NCBI RefSeq assembly: GCF_028641065.1
Contig: NC_073382.1
Location: 58,280,001-58,344,000, forward strand
Direction: 5' to 3'
DNA length: 64,000 nucleotides
Source: Leucoraja erinacea
Taxonomy: Eukaryota
Under the pieces are notes generated by a model. It searched no databases. It was given only the letters and a program-made list of their open reading frames with translations, and had not been told where the DNA came from. Shown piece by piece: positions 1-10,899 of this stretch (position 1 is its first letter; every line of letters begins with the position of its first letter). The position numbers and the translations under genes were made by a program.

Positions 1-620
1 AATGATACTGATCATCTGGTAAATTACGTGATGCTGTGCGAGATCAAATTTAATATTGGCAAGTACAAGATTATTCATATCTAATAAGGATGGGACCTTC
101 GAGAATATTAAGGAACAGAGACACCTTGGTGTACAATTCCACAGATCCTCAAAGATGTCAGCAATCCTAAATAAGGTAACGGAGGCATTTTCTATACTGG
201 CTTTCATTAGGATATTTTTGAAAAATATTTTAACTTAAACTTCACTTGAAGCGGCAATTTTCTTCTGCTTACACAATTAGAAATGACGTTCACACAAATA
301 TCATATGTACAATCTGCACTTTGGATGGGGCAAAGGGAAAATTATTAATTCACAGTACAATTTGACTTTCTATACTTAAAACTCTACCATAAATACCAAA
401 AGCATTTTGAATTTATTAATGGTTGGAAAGTACACTAAGAAAGCTTGAAAATTGAGATTATAAATTCAAAATTGCATCATATTTTTGACCCATGGTGATT
501 TTCAGAAAATGTCTAAGAAATTACAGTTTCTGTCCACTGTCCAATGCAGAGGCTAAACTGTTAACTGGGAGCAAACGTAGTTAGATCAACAGGGGCACCG
601 TATATGCTGTAAAACTATAC

Positions 621-782
621 CTGTGACTCCATGGGCCGGTGTAATGCAACGGGATTAGATTCAAAACTTCCGTTTGAAAATGATTCTGATCTTGAAGGCA
701 CTGGGGGTTCCAAAATTTTGCTATTCTGTTTTGATTGTGCTTGAGGTGAGCCTTGGTTATTCTTCTTAAATCTTTCATCAAC
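621..782 (-). CDS. MAP4K4: MAP4K4 exon ~16 (162 nt), linker; symmetric cassette-type exon missed by the ORF track
   Basis: tag|[54 protein letters not shown]|gtata; phase 0-0. Confidence 0.92.
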
Positions 783-785
783 CTA

Positions 786-872
786 CATGCAAGATTAAAG
801 TTAGGTTCATAACTTGCTACATATACAATTCTATCAAATCGGAATGCAACCATTAAAATAATTGAACATGCA
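786..872 (-). promoter_or_regulatory. Two UGCAUG (RBFOX-type) elements upstream of exon ~16
   Basis: CATGCA on + at 786-791 (abutting the acceptor: ttgcatgtag) and 867-872. Confidence 0.5.
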
Positions 873-1167
873 CAGAATTTCAATGAAATCGCTGCAAGTA
901 CATCGACTAAATTCCTGAGTCACAATGAGCTGCCAAATCCCTGGTATAATTTGAGTGAAGTGACCTGAACAGAGGAAATAATGGGAGCACTGCAATCAAT
1001 TATTCTATAGTGCTGGATTACAAAGGAAAACTCACGTTCAGCATCCTGTGCTAAAACTGAAAGCATGAACATTATACAAGGACAGGAATGAGCTTGGCGA
1101 AGATGCCCTCCACATGCAAAAAGCCCACAGCTGTGACTTCAGTCTCTCAAAATATAGTTGATTTCTT

Positions 1168-1812
1168 CTGGTATGTTAGCATTCATAGCAAAATGATTTG
1201 AGTATAAGAGCAGGGAGGTTCTACTGCAGTTGTACAGGGTCTTGGTGAGACCACACCTGGAGTATTGCGTACAGTTTTGGTCTCCTAATCTGAGGAAGGA
1301 CATTCTTGCCATAGAGGGAGTACATAGAAAGTTCACCAGACTGATTCCTGGGATGTCAGGACTTTCATATGAAGAAAGACTGGATAGACTCGACTTGTAC
1401 TCACTAGAATTTAGAAGATTGAGGGGGGATCTTATAGAAACTTACAAAATTCTTGAGGGGTTGGACAGGCTAGATGCAGGAAGATTGTTTCTGATGTTGG
1501 GGAAGTCCAGAACAAGGGGTCACAGTTTAAGGATAAAGGGGAAATCTTTTAGGACTGAGATGAGAAAAACATTTTTTACACAGAGAATGGTGAATCTCTG
1601 GAATTGTCTGCCACAGAATGTAGTTGAGGCCAGTTCATTGGCTATATTTAAGAGGGAGTTAGATGTGGCCCTTGTGGCTAAAGGGATCAGGGGGTATGGA
1701 GAGAAAGTAGGTACAGGATACTGAGTTGGATGATCAGCCGTGATCATATTAAATGGCGGTGCAGGCTCGAAGGGCCGAATGGCCTACTCCTGCACCTATT
1801 TTCTATGTTTAT
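1168..1812 (+). mobile_element. CR1 LINE, 5'-truncated 3' fragment
   Basis: ORF2 C-terminus LVRPHLEYCVQFWSP...RTRGHS...LWNCLP; 3' end cctactcctgcacc...ctatgttt. Confidence 0.9.
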
Positions 1813-2769
1813 GCCCTCTGATGCAAGGTGGAACAAGATGAGGAGAAAGGAACACTTAAGTAAATCAGGCATTGCTTCATGGAAAGGCTTCCTGAACCTG
1901 AGACTTGTAGACCCTATGAAATTAACCTGCCAACAATTAGCGACTAGTATCAAGGTTAGGAAATATTTATTCCATCTGACAACAATCCGGCTGATACCAG
2001 ATTCACACGGCAGACCTAGTGGAGTGACAGATGCACTTTCATGAAAGGGAACAATCGACAAGTTGTCTTTTTGTAACAATTCATTAACTCTTGTGCTAAC
2101 TATTGTGCACACTGCCAGATCTTTGGATAAAGAATTGTATCATTCAACCAATAATTCTGACTCTACAATCTCTAGATAGGTCTCATTTGGAGAACACGCC
2201 ACTATAGTATGGGTACAGCAACTGAAAGTAACTTTTGGTGGAACTTGGCATTTTATACATAAAATACATGGCCTCTGCTCCAACAAAATAAAATTATAGA
2301 TTTCATCACCTCCTTCAAAGACTCCAACAAGAGTCTTCTAGGCGAAGTAAACCAATGCCAGTAACATCCAGAAAAATACTAGAAACCACTAACAAAGCAT
2401 GGAAGCTACTGTGCAGTACACTTTATTTGTGAAAAGTAGCAAGCTAAAGGAAGAATGACACCGGGCAGCAGACGCACTGGAATGTACTGCCTGAGAGCGG
2501 TTGAAGCTGGTTTGTTGGACTGCAGTTAAAAAAACTTAAGGATGAACATGGACATAAAGGACTATAGGGTTGGTTGATGGTTAATAAGGAAGGATGCCCA
2601 CTGGTAGGCATGGACAAGTTGGGTATAATGTCCTGATTCAATGCTGCACATTTCTATCAATAGAGCAAAGATCTGTACCTCTAACGCCGACCAGAAATTC
2701 AACAGTGAATGAAGAACATTCTCTTAATCTCTACATAGAGGTTCCAAAAACATCCCTCCCAAAGGTGTT

Positions 2770-3190
2770 GCCCATCCTCCTAATGGATAAATCAGACCAA
2801 TTCATAACGAGTTGGTCTCCATTTGTCGTCTTTTTGGAATCATATGGTGCAACACTATTGTAAAAGCTAACTGTTTCAGGACTGGACGAGGGATGGTCAA
2901 GATTAAATAAACAATGATCTCCTTACTTCTTTTCTTTATGTCTTATTCTTTTTTTCCTATTTTCTTTTCTTCAACTTTCTTCATTCATTCGTCTTTTTTC
3001 TTTCTCTTCACACACTATATATCTCACGTCTTTCTATCCTTTACTATCTAATTTATTTTTCTTATTCTTATCTTTCTTTATTATAACATAATATGTACAT
3101 AAAATGTATTATGAAAATATATATTAGGCACTTTGGTGCCATATGATTGTACTTACTTCTAATAAAATAAAATATTTAAAAAAAAAGAAA
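2770..3190 (+). mobile_element. L1/Tx1-like LINE 3' end with poly(A)
   Basis: Reading frame ends DKSDQFITSWSPFVVFL; T-rich 3' UTR; AATAAA and A-tail at ~3160-3190. Confidence 0.55.
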
Positions 3191-3636
3191 TACTGCACCC
3201 AAAAGTTATGCATCAACCTTGCCTCAGTGGGTTTAGTATTGGTACAAACCTGGCATTCGACTGACAATGAGGAAGATTACTTGCGTAGTTCCTGACTACA
3301 AAAAAAAGTTAACTCAACCATTAACTACTCTTACAATTGAAGCGACTGGAAGAAATAAATAGTTACACCTGAATTAGATAGGTAGGAAGGAAGGAAAATA
3401 AGCTGTGAAGGTGACAGAAGGAAGCAGCACAGAGCCATAACGAGTAGATATGAAAACTAAAGAATGAATGTGGGGAAGTGTAAACAGTTCCATCTCAGCA
3501 GAAAAAGTAAAAAGTATTTAAATGGTGAGAGGCTGCAATTAGATCCCTCCAAATCCGAGAGGGATCTAGATGCCCTTGTGGATGATTTGCAAAAGGAGAG
3601 GATTCAGGTACAAGAAATAATTAGGAAAGCTAACAG

Positions 3637-4235
3637 AATAGAGTCATAGAGTGATACAGTGTGGAAACAGTTCCTTCGGCCCAATGTGCCTACACCGACC
3701 AAAATGACCCAGCTACACTAGTCCCACATGCCTGCGCTTGGTCCATATCCCTCCAAACTTGTTCTGTCCATGTACCTGTCTAACTGTTTCTTAAATGTTG
3801 GGATAGTCCCAGCCTCAACTACCTCCTCTGGCAGCTTGTTCCATTCACCCTCCACCCTTTGTGTGAAAAGGTTACCCCTCAGATTCCTATTAAATATTTT
3901 CCCCTTCACCTTGAACCTATGTCCTCTGGTCCTCGATTCCCCTACTCTGCCCAAGAGATTGTGTGCATCCATCCAATCTATTCCTCTCATGATTTTATAC
4001 ACCTCTATAAGATCACCCCTCGGCCTTCTGCGCTCCAAGCAATAGAGACCCAGCCTACTCAACCTTTCCCTATAGCTCACACCCTCTCGTACTGGCAACA
4101 TCCTCGTAAATCTTCTCTGAACCTTTCAAACTTAACAATAATTTTCCTATAACATGGTGCCTAGAACTGAACATAATACTCTAAATTTGGTCATCAACGT
4201 CTTATACAACTGCTACATAACCTTGCAACTTCTAT
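3637..4235 (-). mobile_element. CR1 LINE 3' fragment inserted in an older + strand CR1 relic (~3370-4390)
   Basis: SYRERLSRLGLYCLE...RTRGH...WNKLP; decayed + strand CR1 sequence on both sides. Confidence 0.85.
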
Positions 4236-4590
4236 ACGCAGATAACATCTGTTGGATTGGACAGTACAGATGTCCTTATTTAAGGACAGATATTAAAGAA
4301 CATCAGTGATCGATACCTGGATTGGGCAGATTGACTTACGAGGAAAGATTGGATAGGCTGGATTTGTATCTGCTGGAATTTCGAAATGTGATGCTGGGTG
4401 GGAGCAGGTTCTTGTTTATGCATTCAACTGCTCAGTGTGGTCTCTGAGCTGTACAGTGTCGAATTCAGGTAGTAAATAATGATTTAAAACTAAATATCTC
4501 TTACCAATTGCAAAGCATAGGTTGATAGTTTTAACTTCCTTTGCTGCAGACTACTTTTTAAACAAACGTCAAGTGAAAATTATCTCTTAC

Positions 4591-4770
4591 CTCCCTACTC
4601 CTATCTGTTGCTTCAAAATGAGGCTTAGATTCAAGAGCATGGTAGGGTTTAATCCTTTCCTGCTGTCTGTGGTCATGTTGGAGCAACAGAAGGTAAGCTT
4701 GCTCTTGCTGTAACTGGCGCTGCAATCTCTCAGCTTGTCGCTGTTCCTCCATCTCCCGCCATTTGTATTC
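4591..4770 (-). CDS. MAP4K4: MAP4K4 exon ~15 (180 nt)
   Basis: aag|[60 protein letters not shown]|gtaag. Confidence 0.93.
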
Positions 4771-6089
4771 CTTTAAGAAAAGGACATATTATTTAAAAGG
4801 CAGCAGGTATATCAACAAGTTTACATACTTCACCAAACAGACATGCAAGTATTTCTAGATGCAGAAATACCCGCACAGGCAATTTATGTATTTCAAAAAG
4901 TCAAAAACTTGAAGCAGAATTTACAAATACTGCTAATTCACAGGCCGTTGTGCAAATGTGCTGTTGATTCACAGAAAATATTTGAATGAGAGGTGCCAGC
5001 ATTCAACCTTGAAATATCGTACCATCAGTCATACATGCATCAGGAAATTCACATCCAATTAATATGCACACATTTCCTGCTGAGGAGAAACTCAGAGCAC
5101 TCATCAGTGACTAAACACATTGCCAACCATGAAAATGTGCCTCGCTACTAATAGAGTAGATGACATTCATATGAGAGGTTCACATTCAATATTATTTTAT
5201 ATCAATTTGGTCTAGAATTGGTAACATTACAAGAAAACTGATTTTGATTACCAAAAACAAGATGAGAAAACCATTTGTGCTAAACATATGCAAATGTATA
5301 TTTAGTTTGTCATGTTAAAAAATATTAAACTTACTCCTTGTCAATTAAAAAAATGACCCTAACATAATTTTTATTTACTTCCAATTATTTTGCCATTTTG
5401 CAAACCCATAATTTGGTCAAATATGTGGCACACATTAGGAAATGCAACTATGTCAATGAATGGTATTAGATCATGTCCAGATTAATTATACTCTGACCTA
5501 AAATTATCAGATTTATATTAGAAAGCAAAGAAATGACAATATTTTGCATCATCTAACAATCGTAGAATCATACAATATGGTAGCAGGTCCTTCAACCTAA
5601 TGAGTCCATGTTAACCATCAATTGGCCGTTTATACTAATCCAATATTTATTCTCCATATACTGCCATTAACATTTACACACTAAAGACAATTTAAAGTGG
5701 CCAAAAAGCCACAATTTCCGGGCAAGGGAGAACAAGGGGAAAGGGTAACTAATTGCATTACCCTTAAAAGTAACAATTAAAAGTTTGTAGCTTTTAATGA
5801 TTTTAATTTCTACAGAAAGGACTTTATTTAAGGGATTTCATTTAATTCATAGACTATACACAATATCTGTGCCGAACATGATGCCAAGTTAATCTTCTTT
5901 GCCTGCATGCGATCCATATTCCTCCATTCCCTGCATATCTATGTGCTTAACCAAAAGCCTCTTAAACACCACTGTCATATCTGTTCCCCCCCCACCATCC
6001 TGAGGAGCACATTCCAAACACCCATTGCTCTGTGTAAAAATAGTAAATTGCCCCGCACATCTGCTTTAAACTCTCCTCGTCTATTTATT

Positions 6090-8200
6090 TGGAGCATTTA
6101 CAAAGACAGGGGTTGGTGAGGTATAGTCAGTGTGATATTGTACTGGGAGATCCTGCCTCACATATTTCACTTGGGTAGTTTTTGAAGTAACCACACAGGT
6201 TGATGAGGGCAGTGCATGGACATGGTTAGTAAGGCCTTTGATGCGACTCAGCATGGTAGTCCCCTCTGGAAGGTTAGTGCCATGGGGTTCAGGGAGAGCT
6301 GGTAAACTGGATACAGAATTGGCTCAATGGTAAGAAACAGGGTTCTGGTGGAAGTTTTTTTGTTTGTACTAGAGGTCTATGACTAGCAGTTTGTCTCTGG
6401 GATTGGTGGAGGGCCCCATTGCTGTTTGTCATCTATATCAACAAATTGGATGAGTGTCGTCGTGATTTGTAAATTTGCAGATTATACTAAAATAGGTGGT
6501 ATCATAGATAGTGAAGATGATTTTCAGGAATTACAGCAGGATCTTCATCAGTTGGTCAAAGAATGGAAAATGGAGTTTAATTCACATAAGTGCAGAGTGT
6601 TCCGTTTTGGCTCATCAAACTAGGGTAGAAACTTCACAGTGGAAGTTGGGCACAGGGAAGTGTTGTGGAGCAGAGTGATCGAGGAGTATAAGTATGCAGT
6701 CCCCTAAAGGTGGCGTCACAGGTAGATGGAGTGGTAAAGAAGGCTTTTGACCATGCTGACCTTGATCATTCAGGGAATTGAGTATGGAAGTTGGGACGTT
6801 CTGCTACAGTTGGATCAAGTAATATCATGTTCAGTTTTGGTCACCCTGCTATAGGGAGAAGGTCATAAAGCTGGAAAAAGCGCAGAGATGATATGAGAAT
6901 GTTTCCGGGACTCTAGGGTTTGAGCTATGGGCAGGTTAAGGCTTTATTCCTTGGAGTGCAGGAGGCTGAGCTGCAGTCTCAGATAGGTGTATAAAACTAT
7001 GAGGGGGATAGAGTGAAAGCATTGAGTGTTGTTTCCATGTAGGGGAAGTAGGGAAAATCAATATCTAGAAAACAGGTTTATGGTGAAAGGGGAAGGATTT
7101 AGTAGGAACTTGATACGCAACCTTTTTGCACAGGGTGGTGGGTATATGGAACGAGCTGCCATGGAAGTGGCGGCGCTGCCTGTCAGCTGCGGCTCGCCTG
7201 CAGTCCGTCTGTTTTTTCTTTTTTGGTGTTGTTTTCTTTTGTCTGTTTTAGTTTAGTTTAGTTTATTAGGTTGTGTAAGGGTGGGGGGGTGGGGAGAAAA
7301 ACATGGTTTTAGTCTCTTCCTTCGGGGGGATGCGACTTTTTCTTGTCGTGTCCCCCGTCTCTGTCTCCGTCTGCGCTGAGGCCTAATGGCGGAGCTGGCG
7401 TCCTCGGGGCTGTGGCGGCGTTCCGTCGTTCCTGGCGGCAGCCCCGACTTGGAGCTGTGGCGGCGGCGGCTGGCGTTCTGCGGCGAGACGGCCCGACTTG
7501 GAGCTGTGGCGGCGGAGCTGGCGGCCTCGGGGCTGGCCCGATTCCGGAGGCGGTGCGGCTTCGGGGCTGTGGCGGCGGGCCCCGACTTCCTGGAGTGGAC
7601 GACGTCGTCGGGAGTTCGCAGATCACTGGTTGGTGACCTATTTTCCGGAGCTCCCGCAGTAACAGCTTCGTCCGCTGGACTGAAGGGCGGCAGCTTCGAT
7701 CACCCTGGGCCGCGGAGTTTGAACTAGCCCGTTTGCGGAGCTGGATTCAGCCGCGGGACTGACTTGCTTGCCCTCGCACGGTGGGATCACATCATTGGAG
7801 GCCTGGATCGCCTCAGCGTAGAGGGAGAACATGGAGGGAAGAGACAAAACTTTAAGACTTTTGCCTTCCATCACAGTGAGGACGTGCCTGGTGAACTCAC
7901 TGTGGTGGATGTTAAATTTGCGTTTATTGTATGTTTTTGTTCTTTTTATTATATGTATGACTGCAAGCACGAAATTTCGTTCAGACCAAAAGATCTGTAT
8001 GACAATAAAGGTAATTCTGATTCTTCTGATTCTCAGTTGAAGCAGGTACAATTACAAGCTTTAAAAGACATTAGGACAGGTACATTGATAAAAAAGGTTT
8101 AAAAGAATATGGGCCAGGCGCTGGCAAATGAGACAAGCTTGGATGGGGCATGATGAATGGAAAGACAAGTTGGGCAGAATGGAATGTTTCCATGCTGTAT
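6090..8200 (+). mobile_element. Decayed CR1 ORF2/3' UTR interrupted by a GC-rich insertion
   Basis: KFADYTKIGG, WKMEFN remnants; CR1 sequence stops at ~7159 and resumes at ~8034. Confidence 0.8.
7160..8033 (+). mobile_element. GC-rich non-autonomous retroelement, copy 1
   Basis: Interrupts CR1; GGCGGCGC head, T-rich block, G run, CpG-rich repeats, GCCTTCCATCACAG hairpin, GACAATAAA plus (ATTCTG)n-like tail. Confidence 0.75.
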
Positions 8201-8571
8201 AAAAGTGACTGACCTTAAAGCTCTGCTCTCTGGACTTTAACATTTCTACCTTGAGAAAAATGTTCTGACTGTCTACCATATCTTGGCCTTGTAATTTTAT
8301 ACCATTCGATTAGCTCTGCTCATTCTCTAGCACTCCAAATAGTGCCTCCATTTTATTGTAAAAAGCATATCAGCATTAAATATATGACTAAAGTTCCTAA
8401 CACAATTCAGGGACAAACTTGTGCTGTTAAACATTCTCTCATCTTGTCAGACTGCTATATTAAACTCGATGTACAAATCCTCTTGTTAATGTACAAACAA
8501 TGCAGCTACTAAACCAAGATTGCACACAGGCTGTCAACTATATCAGTAATACAATGGACTGAACAAGTTAC

Positions 8572-8658
8572 CAATAGCATGGCCTGCTCTTGGAGCAATT
8601 GCTGCTGCAGAATCTCCAAATGACGTTGCTCCTCTTCCAGCTGACGTCTGATATATTC
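8572..8658 (-). CDS. MAP4K4: MAP4K4 exon ~14 (87 nt)
   Basis: cag|[29 protein letters not shown]|gtaac. Confidence 0.95.
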
Positions 8659-8957
8659 CTGTTGCAAAATTACACAGCAAATTTTGAGCAATGTACCAGG
8701 TTTAAGCTAGAGAGAAAGTAGATACACTTCATTTCTCTTGGAACTATACAAAAATTTAAAACCAGGCTTCAGAGACCTAATACCAGAGACTAATAGCCAA
8801 ACTAGGCAAATGATCTCCTTTGTGACTTGGCAGATTGGATTCAAAATTAGCCTGTGCATAAATAAAAGGGTAGTGGTGGAGGGCTGTTTCTCTGAATGGA
8901 GATCTGTGACCAGTGCTGATATGAGCTAGTCGGATATAGATAAGGGTGCAGCGGGGG

Positions 8958-9176
8958 TAGTACAGTGGCGCAGCAGTAGAGTTACCGCCTTAAAGTGCCA
9001 GAGACCTGGGTACGATCATGACTAAAGGTGGTGTCTGTACATAGTTTGTATGTTCTCTCTGGATTTTCTCTGGATGATCCGGTTTTCCCCCATGCTCTAA
9101 AGACGTACAGGTTAATTGGCTTCTGTAAATTGTTCCTGGTGTGTATGATAGTGTACGCTGTATCTCTAAAGTCTAA
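8958..9176 (+). mobile_element. tRNA-derived SINE (HE1/V-SINE-like)
   Basis: A box TGGCGCAGCAGTAG, B-box-like GGTACGATCA, core agtttgtatgttctc, tail tgtatctctaaa. Confidence 0.75.
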
Positions 9177-9279
9177 GATATGAGCAGGGAAATGGGAAAA
9201 GGAGTTTAATCTGGGCTACTTTCTACCCCTATCTATCTCGCTTTAATAGTTTATTGGCCCCACCTGCTTCAAGGAAACC

Positions 9280-9490
9280 TCCATCATTTTAGTTCCCAAG
9301 GCAAATAACGTAACTTGTCGGAATGACTACTACCTAACATCAACCATAATGTAGTACTTTGAAAGATTGGTAATAGCTCACATCTGTGCCAATGTTCTGG
9401 ACAATCTAGATCTCTTCTTTTTGCATACAGGAAGAATAGGTTTGTGGAGGACACCATTTCCCTTGTATTATTCAGCTCTGGGTCAGCTTG
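9280..9490 (+). mobile_element. Decayed Rex1/Babar RT fragment
   Basis: Remnants aatgactac...accataatg...tttgaaagattggt and F-A-Y-R-K-N-R..EDTI. Confidence 0.5.
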
Positions 9491-10226
9491 ATACAATATC
9501 ATTATAAATATCATATTGTGATAGCACCCTCTCCCTTGGATGGTGCTCAGATTCATTTAACTAGCTGACAGGCCAAGAGAGGCCCATTACCAGCATCATT
9601 GATAACAGCTGGGTCCAATCAGCTGATATTGGTTGGCCACTTGAACCTTGCCAGCTACACCCTAGTAAACACAAGCATTGTAGCCAGAGGGTAGAAGGAA
9701 GGAGACAAAGTGGGGGGCATCTCCCTGCTAGCTGTGTTCCCCTTTCACAGATTCAAGGAAGACTGAGCCACTGGGATAAATCTGAGACCACCACCATGTG
9801 GTCAAGACTGAGTTTCTGATAAGAAACCCTAAATACCCAGCCCCTCTACTGAGGCTAAGACTGACTGACCAGGGCAAGTCTGATATGCCAGAACCTCTTC
9901 CTGCCCACAGATGAGGGTTAGCGCCCACACACTCACAGAGGCAAAGACTGGCCGCCAGGATAATCCAAAGGCTGCCAGTGTCGCCTCTTCAAGCCCAAAC
10001 CAGCAGCCAGAAAGTAACCCGAGGCTGCCAGCGCCTCCTCTCGAGGCAAGGGTGAATGAACTGTGGAAAGAAGCCCAAGATGTCATGCCTCCTCCTTTGA
10101 AGATCAGGACTATGCTACCGTGACAAGCCCAAGATCACCAGCATCATCGCACATGCACTCTGACCACAAGGGACAATGCCCCATGTGATCCTAGACTTTA
10201 CGACTGTAAATAAAATATCATGCGAG

Positions 10227-10243
10227 TATATATATATATATAT

Positions 10244-10290
<47 letters not shown>
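10227..10290. repeat. (TA)n/(CA)n microsatellite
   Basis: Seen directly. Confidence 0.95.
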
Positions 10291-10297
<7 letters not shown>

Positions 10298-10899
10298 TCA
10301 TTATGTTACCATAATGTGGATATGTTGGCTAACATAGAACAATATAGCCCGTTCCTCTGCTGTAATGCTCCATGTTCTATTTACTTCCTTTTGTCAAAAT
10401 GGTGTGTTTCCCTTTCCTATTGAACGCATTTAATATATTGCCAGCCTCTTCCTTCTTCTGCACCACTAAAATGTTAACGCCATAAGCACGAATTGACGGT
10501 CAAGAAATTAACCAGCTTAAGTGCAAAATTATTCCAATTCCACTATGAAATCATTGAAGCTCAAACAATTTTGCAGTGAGACATGACTAATTAGAAAGCG
10601 GCAAATGCTAATTTGAGTAAGCGGTTTCAGTTCTTGTGAGAATACCTATGTGCTGCACAATCCAAATAACATTGAATTAATTATAATCATTTTGATCAGA
10701 TTAGCTTTTAGGTGAAAAATGCAGGCAAGATAATACTGACACCACTCAGAGGCTTTTGTTTAAACTACTTTTTAATGTCTGAAATATATTTGTGTTAAGA
10801 AAAGATCAAGCAGTTCTGACAGTGGTGCCTGGGAATATAAATCTGTGAACAGTGGTAAATCACAGCTTGCTTTAGAACATCCCGCAGGGCCCACTGTCC

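Noticed and set aside
7309-8102. Several ~100-137 aa ORFs
   Set aside because: Stop-poor GC-rich element; no shared frame among family copies.
8958-9030. tRNA gene
   Set aside because: A/B boxes belong to a SINE head followed by SINE core and tail; no cloverleaf.
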